A stretch of DNA of 30,446 nt from contig BTVY01000060.1 in NCBI GenBank assembly GCA_045863335.1, positions 1 through 30,446 on the forward strand. Direction: 5' to 3'. The notes under the pieces were generated by a model that searched no databases, had not been told where the DNA came from, and worked only from the letters and a program-made list of their open reading frames with translations. The position numbers and the translations under genes are program-made. Shown one piece after another: positions 17,225 to 27,187 of the stretch (the stretch's first letter is position 1; every line of letters begins with the position of its first letter). Source of the stretch: Candidatus Hydrogenedentota bacterium (GTDB taxonomy: Bacteria; Hydrogenedentota; Hydrogenedentia; Hydrogenedentales; SLHB01).

Positions 17225-20200
17225 CTATTGGGATCCGTAAGAAATCGACAACTCGACGCGGCCGGTTAACCCGGAGAGATCGATGGTTTCTGCGCTCGCA
17301 TTGAATCGCGAGTAGCGCTCGCCGTTGACGCGAACCGAATCCATCTCGCGGCCGATCGGCGCTCGCAGTTTCAGATAGGTTCGAGCCGTTGGGTTTCGAC
17401 TCGGGAGTAAGATGCTCGCATCGATTCGGCTGTTTGAAAGACGAGACTCCACGACGTAGCTCACCGGACCGAAGCACGTCGGCGCGTTCGTGACCTGGAT
17501 GGTTTTGCCGTCCTCTAACCATTCGCGCGGGGTTGCATGGGCCAGGTACAGATTCTCGGGCATGCCGGTCTCCCCGTTGAACGATTCACGGACGAGCATC
17601 AGCCGCAACGGAAGCAGAAATGCGTTGTTGTTGGCGCTGCACGGCGTCCCGTAACAAGATCGGTAGAACTCGCCAGGCCGTTCGCCTACGGTCTCGCCTT
17701 CGCCCGAGACAAAGGTACCGCGCGTTTGCCCGTGGGCGAGCTTACCGTAGAACGACAAGATCAAATGATCGGCTTCATCTCGTTCCGCAACGAGTTGCAG
17801 ATAGTCGGGTAAATAGACGTTATCGAAACCGGTCGTGTAGTAGCCGGGCAAGCCGCTGGCGCGGTACGAGCCAATCGGCGTCGGATAGTAATTGAACCGC
17901 AACAGTCCAAGAAGGAACGAGCCGTGGTTGCGCATGAAGCCCATGATCCGATCCATGTCCTCGCCTTGGGGATCCCAGAAACCGGAAGCGAAGGCGTAGG
18001 GCATGCACAAATTCCAATAGCTGCCCAGTCGCGTTTCCGTCACGGGCGCTTCGACCGGCGCGTCTTCCAGTAGCATGCGGGGAATGAAAAGGGTGCCGTC
18101 CGGCATGGCCACCTGCGAATCCGCCATGGCGCGCGCGATTGCCTCCTTTAGGCCTCGCGCGACCGGAGCGTACCGGTCATGCAGATCCTCCCGGCCGATG
18201 TCCCTCCAGACCATAGCCATATCCCGCAGACCGCGCCAGCCGAGCACTTGGTGCCAGACGAAGTACGACACCTGCGGAATGTCGCCGCACTGCCGCTCCT
18301 TCTGCAATAGCCCGTTGGGATCGGCCGAAATCTGTCTGCAAAACTCCTCGCCGAACGCTTCGTACTGGGGTGTAAGCCGCTCGATAAACGCGCGGTCCCG
18401 CGTGAGGTGATAGTAATGGGCGGCATGCGTCAGTTTTTCGCCGCGTTCCCAATTCGCGTAGTAGGCCGCGCCTTTCGTTTGATCGACGAGATACTCTAAC
18501 CCGTCCCGGTAGGCCTCGGAAAAACCGTACATGCCGAGCGTTGCGACCTCGTCGCTGCTCTCCGGTTGATAGAAGGAGTTGTGATAGACCACCGCGCCGA
18601 GGCTGTAGCGCCACCGCATAATCAGATTCTGGATGAGCAGGTTGCGCTGTGCATCCATGACGATGTTCTCAGGCACGTTGAACTGCGCGCCTTCAGCCAG
18701 CAATGCATCCCAGTAGGCTATCCATTCCTTCCTTGTGCGGTCGTACAGATCATCGGTATTTACAGGATCGAGCGGTTGGGATGGATGCCAGACCACGGTG
18801 CAGACCGAGTCTCCGCGGTCCGCGACCCAGTGCGCCTCCTGCCCTTCACCGAGCAAGGGCTGCGACGCAACTAGACTGGAATCGCCATTGCCGCGCACGA
18901 ACCGCACGAGGGGCGCGCCACCATTCGATGCTCGATGGACAGTAATTCGGAGGAATGCGCACAACCCGTCCACCCCATCCATCGGCGCTGCGAAAGATTC
19001 TTGCGTATACCGGTTGCCATCGGCGTCCGTGTAGGCCGTTTGCAGGATGGGGTAGTACCCGTCGGCGAGGCAAGGGGGCTCCAGTCGATCCAGATTGCTG
19101 CCGAAAAGTTCAGCCCCGGCCGCACCGACGAAGACCTTCAGGTCGTTGGTGTTGTCGTAACGGTCCGCGGCGATGCGGCTTCCATCGGCCAAAGGAATGA
19201 GGTACGGCGGTTCGCCGCCATCGAGGCCCCAGAGCAGGTTGTGAGCACCGAGTGTCTCGTTCGTGTACCCCGTCGAATAGAACAAGGGGCGAAGGTAATC
19301 TTTGATCGCGTCATACGAGGCGCCGCCTTGATCGATGAGCGCCTCGCCCCAGATGTCCCGGCCTTCGCGAAGCGCCGCATTCAGACCTCGCGCGTAGTCT
19401 GACTCCTCGTCCGTCGTTTCTCGCCGGTCGGGATAAACCGACTTCGTCTCCAGGTACTCGGCAGAGACGCTCTCCGCATCCAGCGCCCCGTCGTAGAGCC
19501 GGACCGACGCGATCGCGCCGCGGAAACAGTTGCCCGGTGTCTTGGGAACGTTTGCGTACGCGCCTATGACCAACGGTGTGTCGTACGCATCAAGGGGCGC
19601 GGTTTCGATCTCAACAGACGCGGCTTCCTGGCCATTCAGGTACAGGCGCGCGGAAGTTCCGTCGAAGGTGGCCGCCACGTGGTTCCAGTTGGTACCGTAG
19701 TTCGCGTTCCGTGCCTCCACGACGACAGACCGGCCGCCGGCGCTTGCATAGAAGATGACGGACTGCGGATGGTCTTCGCTGTCCATGAGGAACAGCCCGT
19801 ACTGATACCAGGGGTCGTCGTGGTTCGGGAGCGATTTGACAAGCAGAGGCATCTGGGAATCGATGACGCCGCCTTCCGCACGGAACCATAGAGTCACCGT
19901 GAGGTGCTTCGGATTCAACACCGCTGAGGTGTTCACGACCGCATAGGAATCGTCTCCGTCGAAGTACAAATGAGGATGCTCAACGAGATCCTCCTCGCGA
20001 TGGAGCACCGGAACGCCGCGCAGCTCAATGTCGGGCCCTCGGCCAGACGAGTCTCGGACCCGCGCGACGTCTTCGCGCGGCGCCAGCCACTCAGCGATGA
20101 GTACCGGAGATTCCGCACCGGCGGCGGCAAGCAGAACAGATACCATTAACCCGACCGGAAGATGTTTCGCGACCATGCAGCCCCAACTACGTTTAAACAT
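17225..20200 (-). CDS. Large secreted protein: LamG/concanavalin-like domain plus putative (alpha/alpha)6 glycoside hydrolase-like domain
   Basis: Signal peptide and LamG motifs 'LYFDGDDSY', 'WNHVAATFDG..ARLYLNG' and 'FRGAIASVRLYDGAL'. C-terminal 'LYLAHATPREWLEDGKTIQVTNAPTCFGPVSY' is typical of six-hairpin glycosidase-like proteins. Start is 20200 or 20176; the ORF is open to 20257. Confidence 0.72.
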   Translation of the reverse strand: MFKRSWGCMVAKHLPVGLMVSVLLAAAGAESPVLIAEWLAPREDVARVRDSSGRGPDIELRGVPVLHREEDLVEHPHLYFDGDDSYAVVNTSAVLNPKHLTVTLWFRAEGGVIDSQMPLLVKSLPNHDDPWYQYGLFLMDSEDHPQSVIFYASAGGRSVVVEARNANYGTNWNHVAATFDGTSARLYLNGQEAASVEIETAPLDAYDTPLVIGAYANVPKTPGNCFRGAIASVRLYDGALDAESVSAEYLETKSVYPDRRETTDEESDYARGLNAALREGRDIWGEALIDQGGASYDAIKDYLRPLFYSTGYTNETLGAHNLLWGLDGGEPPYLIPLADGSRIAADRYDNTNDLKVFVGAAGAELFGSNLDRLEPPCLADGYYPILQTAYTDADGNRYTQESFAAPMDGVDGLCAFLRITVHRASNGGAPLVRFVRGNGDSSLVASQPLLGEGQEAHWVADRGDSVCTVVWHPSQPLDPVNTDDLYDRTRKEWIAYWDALLAEGAQFNVPENIVMDAQRNLLIQNLIMRWRYSLGAVVYHNSFYQPESSDEVATLGMYGFSEAYRDGLEYLVDQTKGAAYYANWERGEKLTHAAHYYHLTRDRAFIERLTPQYEAFGEEFCRQISADPNGLLQKERQCGDIPQVSYFVWHQVLGWRGLRDMAMVWRDIGREDLHDRYAPVARGLKEAIARAMADSQVAMPDGTLFIPRMLLEDAPVEAPVTETRLGSYWNLCMPYAFASGFWDPQGEDMDRIMGFMRNHGSFLLGLLRFNYYPTPIGSYRASGLPGYYTTGFDNVYLPDYLQLVAERDEADHLILSFYGKLAHGQTRGTFVSGEGETVGERPGEFYRSCYGTPCSANNNAFLLPLRLMLVRESFNGETGMPENLYLAHATPREWLEDGKTIQVTNAPTCFGPVSYVVESRLSNSRIDASILLPSRNPTARTYLKLRAPIGREMDSVRVNGERYSRFNASAETIDLSGLTGRVELSISYGSQ

Positions 20201-20327
20201 CAATTCCCCGGAAAGCACTTGACAGATACTGTACCGATTCCGGTTGGCCTGCGCCATTGTCTACTGTGGCGCTGGTTCCTGCGGTGCGGGTATCATGCCT
20301 CCGTCCATTATCCAGGAGGCATTAGAC

Positions 20328-22961
20328 ATGGACCCAGCGCCAGACGCCGCCGATGGAATCCGTTTCCGGCAATTCCTGCGCCGGCTCATCTCGACGGTCG
20401 GCATTGCAGGTGTTGCACTGACGGTGTCGTTACAGACCGAAGCGTCCCCCGGCGACTGGCCCGAACCGCGCCAGAACCCGCATCTCACCGGCATCCAACC
20501 GCTCGCGGGAGCGATGCAGACTGCGCCGGAAGTGTCCGTACGTTTCGATTTGGGACGCACCTCGCCGAGCGTCACGCCGGTCAACCTTCCCGACGGTTCG
20601 GTTGTGGGACTCGCACTCGTGGCCGGACGCCTGTTGTGTTTTGAACAGTCCGGCGCGCTGCGATGGGAATCACATCCCCCGGGTTTGAACTTCAGCACCA
20701 TCGTCACCACAGAAGACCTGAATGGCGACGGCTCGATGGAGATCCTGCTGAAAGCGGGACGACCTGCCGAACCCTACGGTGCCGCGGCACTGGTTGCGCT
20801 CGATGATGGAAACTTGCTCTGGCGCTACGACGTAGATCCCATGTCGTATGCGTGGTACCTGTACGCGGATCGCTACCTTCCGGATCGGGACAACAAACAA
20901 CTCGTTGTTATCATGCACGGCTATCCTCCGGATGAGGAGAACGGTTACATCGCATTCTTTCACTTCGAGAAAGAGGAAACTCGACCCGCGCAGCAATGGC
21001 GCTACGACTTCGACGATTACACCTGCTTTCCCAGTCTGCTGCGAACCGACCTCGACGGCGACGGCGTTCAGGAGCTGGCCGTCGAAACCCACAGCCGCAT
21101 GTGGTTCTTCGACGTCGTCTCCGGTGAGATGAAACACTTCGCCTCATGGGATGTATCGCCCGCGAATGTGCGCAGCTATGGACTCGTGAAGTTCGCGGAT
21201 CTCAACAAAGACGGTCGCGAAGATTTCCTTTGCATCGCCGACTTCGCACAACACCACGAGGTCCTTTTAAACGCGGATGGAAAGATGGAGAAAGCCTGGA
21301 GTTACGGCTGGCCGGAAAGCGTCACAACGGGAAAGGTCGTGACCACTTGGCCGGAGCCGCCAGACGTGGATGTGGACGGCGACGGCGATCTCGAGATTGT
21401 CGTATCCATGTACAACTCCGAAGACGACAACGCATGGCTGACGCGGGTGTACGACGCCGTCACCGGCGAATTGCAGTATCGCGTTCCTGGCGTCATCGCG
21501 GTGTCCACGGCGGACGTCGACCGCGACGGTTCCTGGGATATCCTCGCGAACGCGAGCAAGGACCCGACGCGTGCGGACCTCGATGGCGCGCAACTCATCT
21601 CCTGCGCGGAAGGGGTAAAGACGCTTTGGGAAAACGCGGATGTTACGGCCGTCGGCCTTGCCGGGGACGGCACGCCGCGCGTGTCCAAGGACGGTGCCAC
21701 CTTTGAAGTGGCTCACGACACGAATGGCGGCTTTGTCCTTGAACCGTGGATCGCTCCAACGGCGCCGGAACGCCCGGAATTCCGAAATATCCCCGCGGTC
21801 GTTGGTCCGGCCATGCCGAAGGCGCTCGTTGCCGATCTGACCGGCGACGCGGCCCATGAAGTGGTCCTATACCAGGAACCTTCCGTCCGCGTGCTTTCGC
21901 TGGCTGGGGACGCCTTTGAGACGCGATATGAGTCTGAATCGACTTCTGTTCCAGTAGTCGCCGACCTGGATGGCGATGGCGTCAACGAAATTGTCGAGAC
22001 CAACGTAGCGCCGGGTCATCAGCCCGTAATCGAGGCGCGATCGTTGGCCGGGGAACCGAAGACAATCTGGCGCACTGAATTGCCGCCGCCGGATCGAACC
22101 GGCCTGCCCGCCACCACGCGCGCGGCATACGTACGGACGGGGCACTTCACGGGAGGCAAGACACCCGACCTGTACTTCTGGGCAGGTACGCCCCTCGTGC
22201 GGAGCACGGTGATAAACGGCCGAACCGGCGATGTTTTCTGGGACAAAGGCGAAACGCCCAATATCGAGCGGTACTGGGGCCCCAGCGTCAATCAGGCGTC
22301 CGTCTACGATTTCAATGGCGACGGCAAAGAAGACCTGGTGTTCACCAACCCGGACTACTACTGCGTCGCGGACGGTCCAACGGGCGAATCGCTACTGGGT
22401 CCGTTGCATCCGCCGAAGATCTTCGATCAACCCAGCCAGGGGTTATATACATTGCCGGCGATCCTCGATCGTTCGAGCGGCGGGCCGGTGGTTTGCCTCG
22501 TCGCCGGTCACTATTTTCAGGCCGCCATGTCGCTTCACGCCGCGCCTATGTGGTACAAGCTACCGCCTGCCGGGGAAGCGCGCTGCGCGGAAGAAGGGTT
22601 TATGCGCCTGCCTGACGGGTCCTGGCTCGTGGGGTTCGGCCGCCAGAACGGAAACTTCGCGTGCCTGAACGTTTCGGATGGGTCTGTGCGCTGGGAACTC
22701 CCCGTCGACGCGTCCTGCACCGACGTGGCGACCTGCGACATCGACGGCGACGGCCAACTGGAGTTCATCTTCGGAACGAGTCACGGTACGCTCTATGCCG
22801 TACGCGACGCGGGCGATCGTCCGGTCGTCGTATGGCAAGTCGCGCAAAGCGCCGGAGCGGGTGCGCCCATCGCCGCCGATGTGAATGCCGACGGGCTGAG
22901 CGATATCATCGTCCCGACCAACGACGGATACGTGAATCTGTTCGTCTCGAAGAAACCGTGA
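20328..22961 (+). CDS. Secreted FG-GAP/VCBS repeat beta-propeller protein with PQQ-like repeats
   Basis: About ten DxD/NGDGxxE/D Ca-binding repeats (DLNGDGSME, DLDGDGVQE, DLNKDGRED, DVDGDGDLE, DFNGDGKED, DIDGDGQLE and others) and a signal peptide. ATG 20328 follows GGAGG. Confidence 0.8.
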   Translation: MDPAPDAADGIRFRQFLRRLISTVGIAGVALTVSLQTEASPGDWPEPRQNPHLTGIQPLAGAMQTAPEVSVRFDLGRTSPSVTPVNLPDGSVVGLALVAGRLLCFEQSGALRWESHPPGLNFSTIVTTEDLNGDGSMEILLKAGRPAEPYGAAALVALDDGNLLWRYDVDPMSYAWYLYADRYLPDRDNKQLVVIMHGYPPDEENGYIAFFHFEKEETRPAQQWRYDFDDYTCFPSLLRTDLDGDGVQELAVETHSRMWFFDVVSGEMKHFASWDVSPANVRSYGLVKFADLNKDGREDFLCIADFAQHHEVLLNADGKMEKAWSYGWPESVTTGKVVTTWPEPPDVDVDGDGDLEIVVSMYNSEDDNAWLTRVYDAVTGELQYRVPGVIAVSTADVDRDGSWDILANASKDPTRADLDGAQLISCAEGVKTLWENADVTAVGLAGDGTPRVSKDGATFEVAHDTNGGFVLEPWIAPTAPERPEFRNIPAVVGPAMPKALVADLTGDAAHEVVLYQEPSVRVLSLAGDAFETRYESESTSVPVVADLDGDGVNEIVETNVAPGHQPVIEARSLAGEPKTIWRTELPPPDRTGLPATTRAAYVRTGHFTGGKTPDLYFWAGTPLVRSTVINGRTGDVFWDKGETPNIERYWGPSVNQASVYDFNGDGKEDLVFTNPDYYCVADGPTGESLLGPLHPPKIFDQPSQGLYTLPAILDRSSGGPVVCLVAGHYFQAAMSLHAAPMWYKLPPAGEARCAEEGFMRLPDGSWLVGFGRQNGNFACLNVSDGSVRWELPVDASCTDVATCDIDGDGQLEFIFGTSHGTLYAVRDAGDRPVVVWQVAQSAGAGAPIAADVNADGLSDIIVPTNDGYVNLFVSKKP

Positions 22962-23030
22962 ACGTGAAGATGATGTAGACGCGGCCGAACGCGGTGTCTA
23001 CTTTGACGCAATGGGGGTAGCAAGAAGCAT

Positions 23031-23984
23031 ATGAAAAAGGTGTTGGTTACGGGCGCGGCCGGGTTTATCGGATCGCACTTGAGCGACGCTTTGCTCGCCC
23101 GGGGCGATCGGGTCATCGGCGTGGACTGCTTCGACTCGTTCTACGACCCTGCGGTGAAACGTCGCAATGTGAAAGAGGCCTGCGCCAACGATCGCTTTAC
23201 GCTGCACGAAGTCGACATCACTGACGAACCAGCGCTCAATCGCGTCTTCGAGCAGGAACGGCCCGACGTGGCCGTGCATCTGGCCGCGCGGGCTGGAGTG
23301 CGCCCTTCGCTCGAGGACCCGAACCTGTATCACCGCGTCAACATCATCGGGTCCCAACACATCCTGGATGCCTGTCGCGCGTACCCTGTCTCACATCTCG
23401 TGTTCGCATCCAGCTCGTCCGTGTACGGAGGCATCAAGGAGACGCCGTTCCGGGAAACGATGGCGTGCGACCGGCCGGTGAGCCCCTACGCGGCGACGAA
23501 GCGCATGAACGAACTCATGGCCCACGTCGCTCACCACGTCTACGGCCTCAAGGTCACGCTGCTCCGGTTCTTCACGGTATACGGCCCGCGGCAACGGCCC
23601 GAAATGGCGATCCACATGTTCACGCGCCTGATCCACGAGGGCAAGCCTATCCCCATGTTTGGGGACGGATCGGCGCGACGCGACTATACGTACATCGACG
23701 ACATCCTGGACGGATTGCTCAAATCCGTGGACACGCCCTTCGGATACGAAATCTTCAACCTCGGCGAAAACCATACGACCAGCCTGCGGGAGCTGATCGA
23801 TCTGCTGGGCGAAACCTTCGGCGTTCCGGTACCGGTGCGCGAACTCCCGTTTCCGCCGTCCGACATGGAAACGACCTTCGCCGACATCAGCAAGGCCCGC
23901 GACCTGCTGGGCTACGCTCCCTCCGTCTCAATGCAGGAGGGGCTCGCCCGCTTCGCCGCGTGGTACCGCTCCATTCAGCCGTAG
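23031..23984 (+). CDS. NAD-dependent NDP-sugar epimerase (UDP-glucuronate 4-epimerase-like extended SDR)
   Basis: TGAAGFIGSH, HLAARAGVRPSL, ASSSSVYG, YAATK, LRFFTVYGPRQRPEMA and RDYTYIDD. Confidence 0.93.
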   Translation: MKKVLVTGAAGFIGSHLSDALLARGDRVIGVDCFDSFYDPAVKRRNVKEACANDRFTLHEVDITDEPALNRVFEQERPDVAVHLAARAGVRPSLEDPNLYHRVNIIGSQHILDACRAYPVSHLVFASSSSVYGGIKETPFRETMACDRPVSPYAATKRMNELMAHVAHHVYGLKVTLLRFFTVYGPRQRPEMAIHMFTRLIHEGKPIPMFGDGSARRDYTYIDDILDGLLKSVDTPFGYEIFNLGENHTTSLRELIDLLGETFGVPVPVRELPFPPSDMETTFADISKARDLLGYAPSVSMQEGLARFAAWYRSIQP

Positions 23985-24035
23985 CCTAACCCGTACCACG
24001 CGCACCGGTGGCGGCTCCGCGCATCGAACAATGCC

Positions 24036-24064
24036 TTGTCACGGCGGGATTCGATGGATATACT
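24036..24064 (+). promoter_or_regulatory. Putative sigma70 promoter
   Basis: TTGTCA-N17-TATACT, 54 bp upstream of the ATG at 24118, which has a GGGAGG SD. Confidence 0.65.
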
Positions 24065-24117
24065 GTCCTTTCATGTGTGTTTACCCTTGTTCATCGGCAT
24101 GTGGGAGGGGGCTATAG

Positions 24118-25950
24118 ATGCGCCATGGCGCCAGCCTGATCATGGCACTTGAAGGCCTGAGCAAACCTGCCTACCTGATTGCACGCGAACTCACGCTCAA
24201 CAGCCGGTCCGGGCTGACCGTGCGGTTTCTGTCGAAGAAGCTCGAACTGCCTGAAGAGGAAGTCGAGTATCTGATCGACGTGAATCACAAGTTGTTCTTC
24301 ACCGATCTCACAAAGGTCAAGCTGGTGGCCGAAGGGGCCACGGCGGTCAAACGCATTTCGGACGGCCTCGAAAACCGTGGCGATATCCCCTCCCTGTTCA
24401 ATGGCGTCAAGGCGCTGAATCCTCACGAATTCCGCCGCCTCGAGGATCAAATCGGCATCGAGAAGCCCGGTGGAAAGAAGGCCGCCGCCGAGGAGTTGAT
24501 CGCCCGCAGTTACGCGCGGCCCGATTCGATCGTGGAGTACGTTGCCACGCGCGGCTACTCCGCGCGGGCACAGGAAGTGTTCGATTTCGTCTGGCAGCAC
24601 GAAGGCGGAGTCGTGCCTGCGGCGACCGTTCGCGCCAATTTCGGCCACTCGGACTACGAAGTGGAGCAGGCATTGCTCGAGTTGTTTCAAGGCTTCGCGC
24701 TCTTCGAGATGTTCCGTTTCGACTCCGAGGATCGCTTGGTGCGCATGGTCGGACTCCTGTCCGAGCTACGCCAATGGATGGAGGTATCGAGTGCGCAGCG
24801 GCGAAAGAACGCCGCACTTAAACCGTGCCGCGGCAAACCGGACTATGTCGATTCCCGTGGACTCGATTTCTCGGAGCGAATTTGCCGCCTTGTTGCAGCC
24901 ATCGCGGCCAAGCCCGCTCGCCTTCGGGGCGATGGCGACCTCTTTCGAGAAGACCGCCGGCGTCTCGGGGAATTATGTTCCGAGGACGATGACCCTTCAC
25001 TCCAGACCTGTCTGTGGGTAGCCCAAGGGGTCGGGTGGATTGCGCGGGTCGACAGCGAACTGCGGGCCGGAGAACTTGAATCTCTTCTCGAAATGTGCCG
25101 GATCGATCGGCATCGGATCATCTTCGAATGGCTCACAAGCACCGGAAACGAATCCGCTTCCAAGCGAGTCATGGCCGGCTTGCTCGACGAGATCAAGACC
25201 GAAGCCTGGTATCCGATTACCGACTTCGTCGATCACGCGATGCGTTTGGGTTCCGAAACCGAACAGCCCCTGCTCAAGAACGCTGGCGGCCATTGGCACT
25301 ACGTGAGCCCGACGGCCGCGAGTTCCGAGCGCGGGCTCGCCCGGTCCATCGAAGAGACCTTCTTGTGGCTGGGGCTGGTCGACCGCGCCGAAGACGGCGG
25401 CCGGGGGCTGTTTTCCATAACGACCCTGGGGGATTGCCTCCTGAAAGACTCCAATACCGACAGACTCATGAAGCTGTTTCCGGAGAAGGACGCGAAGATT
25501 ATCGTCCAACCCAATTTCGATATTGTCGTCCCGACGCAGGACGTGGATCCGCTGCTGACAGTTCCCATGGATCAGTTCTGCGTTCGGGGCAGTACGGGTA
25601 GCGCGACGGTTTACACGCTATCGAAGGACTCGTTCACGAAAGCCGTGCAGGAGGGCCATGATGGTGACGCCTTTGTTCAGTTCCTGCTCGACCACAATCG
25701 GGGCGGGGGCCTTCCCACCAACGTCATGACCACGCTGGAGGACTGGCGGGGCGGCATGAAGCGTGTACGGCTTCGCACCTTGCACATCCTCGAGTCCGAC
25801 GATCCCCTGGTCATGGCCGACCTCCTTCATCGCCGCCGGTTCAACAAGCACTTCGAGGCGGTCGACCCCAAGAAAGTGGTGGCTTTCAAAAAAATCTCTA
25901 AAACCGACCTCGCCAAGGAACTCGAGAAAGAAGGTTTCGTGGTCCACTGA
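24118..25950 (+). CDS. Helicase-associated domain protein (XPB/Ssl2 N-terminal-like, Helicase_C_3)
   Basis: C-terminal 'IIVQPNFDIVVP...VYTLSKDSFTKAVQEG.....FVQFL......LPTNVMTTLEDW...MKRVRL', preceded by 'LWLGLVD...FSITTLG'. No Walker motifs. Confidence 0.75.
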   Translation: MRHGASLIMALEGLSKPAYLIARELTLNSRSGLTVRFLSKKLELPEEEVEYLIDVNHKLFFTDLTKVKLVAEGATAVKRISDGLENRGDIPSLFNGVKALNPHEFRRLEDQIGIEKPGGKKAAAEELIARSYARPDSIVEYVATRGYSARAQEVFDFVWQHEGGVVPAATVRANFGHSDYEVEQALLELFQGFALFEMFRFDSEDRLVRMVGLLSELRQWMEVSSAQRRKNAALKPCRGKPDYVDSRGLDFSERICRLVAAIAAKPARLRGDGDLFREDRRRLGELCSEDDDPSLQTCLWVAQGVGWIARVDSELRAGELESLLEMCRIDRHRIIFEWLTSTGNESASKRVMAGLLDEIKTEAWYPITDFVDHAMRLGSETEQPLLKNAGGHWHYVSPTAASSERGLARSIEETFLWLGLVDRAEDGGRGLFSITTLGDCLLKDSNTDRLMKLFPEKDAKIIVQPNFDIVVPTQDVDPLLTVPMDQFCVRGSTGSATVYTLSKDSFTKAVQEGHDGDAFVQFLLDHNRGGGLPTNVMTTLEDWRGGMKRVRLRTLHILESDDPLVMADLLHRRRFNKHFEAVDPKKVVAFKKISKTDLAKELEKEGFVVH

Positions 25951-26074
25951 TTTCGAGCATCTTCCGCCGCTCGCGTTGCCCCATCGCCTGCCCACCGCGT
26001 GACAGCCCACCGCGTGGCCGTTGCATCGCAGGGTAGTTCCTCCTTATGATGGGAAGAATCAAGAGGACACCGCC

Positions 26075-27181
26075 TTGCAAGAAGAACCCGTCGGCCTTGT
26101 CAATTGGAGTACGCCCAGCAACCAAACGTTGATTTGGGTCGCGGTGGCCTTTCTCGTTCTTTTGATAGGCGCCTTACTGTTGGAGAAATTCCGGCAGCGG
26201 CGGCAACGCCGCGTGCGCGCAGCAGCCGCGTGGAACAACGTGGAATCCATCGCGAAAGAGAAGGGCTGTTCGACTGAGGAGCTGCGCGTGCTGAGCGCGG
26301 TCATACGCCGCTGGGACCCCGACGATCCCCTGCGCGTTGTTACGATGCGACACGATTTTGACCGCTGCGTAGAGAAGGAAATGGAATCCGTACTGCAGCG
26401 GGGTGACCAGAAGGAGCTGGAACGAACCGGCACCGTGCTGCGAGATATCCGGAGCCGGCTCGCCCTGGATTTTGTGCCCCTGGGACAGCGCATCTACTCA
26501 ACGCGCGAGTTGTACCAGGGCCAGGAGGTGTGGTTAGCCCGCGAGGCGGATAAACCGCCCCGGTGGATCAGGGGATCGATCGCACTTTCCAACGAAGCTG
26601 CGTTCCACGTGGCCCCAAAAGATCCGCTGGATTCCGGCCGTGCCGCGTTCCAGCCGGACGCCCCGTTTCGCTTTCGCCTGTTTCGCGACGAGGATGCGCG
26701 GTACGCGTTCTCCACGCGGTATATCCGACGGGAAAAGGAACCGTACGAGCTGGTATTTCATCACACTTCAAATCTGGACCGCATACAGGCACGGGAACAC
26801 TATCGGGTCCGCCACGAACAAGCGACCAACGTGGGCGTCATGAATGCGCCGCTGGATACCGGTTCGCCGCACCGCGATCGCCGAATCGTGACGCGACTGC
26901 GCGGCCAAATCACCAACATCAGCGCCGGCGGATTCGCGCTTATCGTACCCCAGGCGATCCCGGCTCAAGTCCTCATTCGAGTGACGCTGGAGCTGGAACT
27001 CGAAGCGGCCGAACCCTTCGAAGTGGACGCGCGGATCGTCGGCACGACTCCCCTTCCGGGAGGGCGATACCTCATCCGCGCCGCGTTGTACGAGGAAGAC
27101 AGTGCCAAGCGTGAACTCATCGCCCGGTACGTGGTACACCGGCAGCAGCCCCATCACGAACCGGCTGGACTGACGGAGTAA
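26075..27181 (+). CDS. Membrane-anchored PilZ domain (YcgR-like) c-di-GMP receptor
   Basis: N-terminal TM, PilZ RxxxR 'QAREHYRV' and (D/N)xSxGG 'NISAGG'. Likely TTG start at 26075 after GAGGA; the ORF is open from 26021. Confidence 0.85.
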   Translation: MQEEPVGLVNWSTPSNQTLIWVAVAFLVLLIGALLLEKFRQRRQRRVRAAAAWNNVESIAKEKGCSTEELRVLSAVIRRWDPDDPLRVVTMRHDFDRCVEKEMESVLQRGDQKELERTGTVLRDIRSRLALDFVPLGQRIYSTRELYQGQEVWLAREADKPPRWIRGSIALSNEAAFHVAPKDPLDSGRAAFQPDAPFRFRLFRDEDARYAFSTRYIRREKEPYELVFHHTSNLDRIQAREHYRVRHEQATNVGVMNAPLDTGSPHRDRRIVTRLRGQITNISAGGFALIVPQAIPAQVLIRVTLELELEAAEPFEVDARIVGTTPLPGGRYLIRAALYEEDSAKRELIARYVVHRQQPHHEPAGLTE

Positions 27182-27187
27182 ACATAC

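Noticed and set aside
2229-22961. Search for PEP-CTERM, IPTL-CTERM or similar exosortase target tails on the secreted proteins
   Set aside because: None of the signal-peptide proteins ends with a motif + TM helix + basic cluster.
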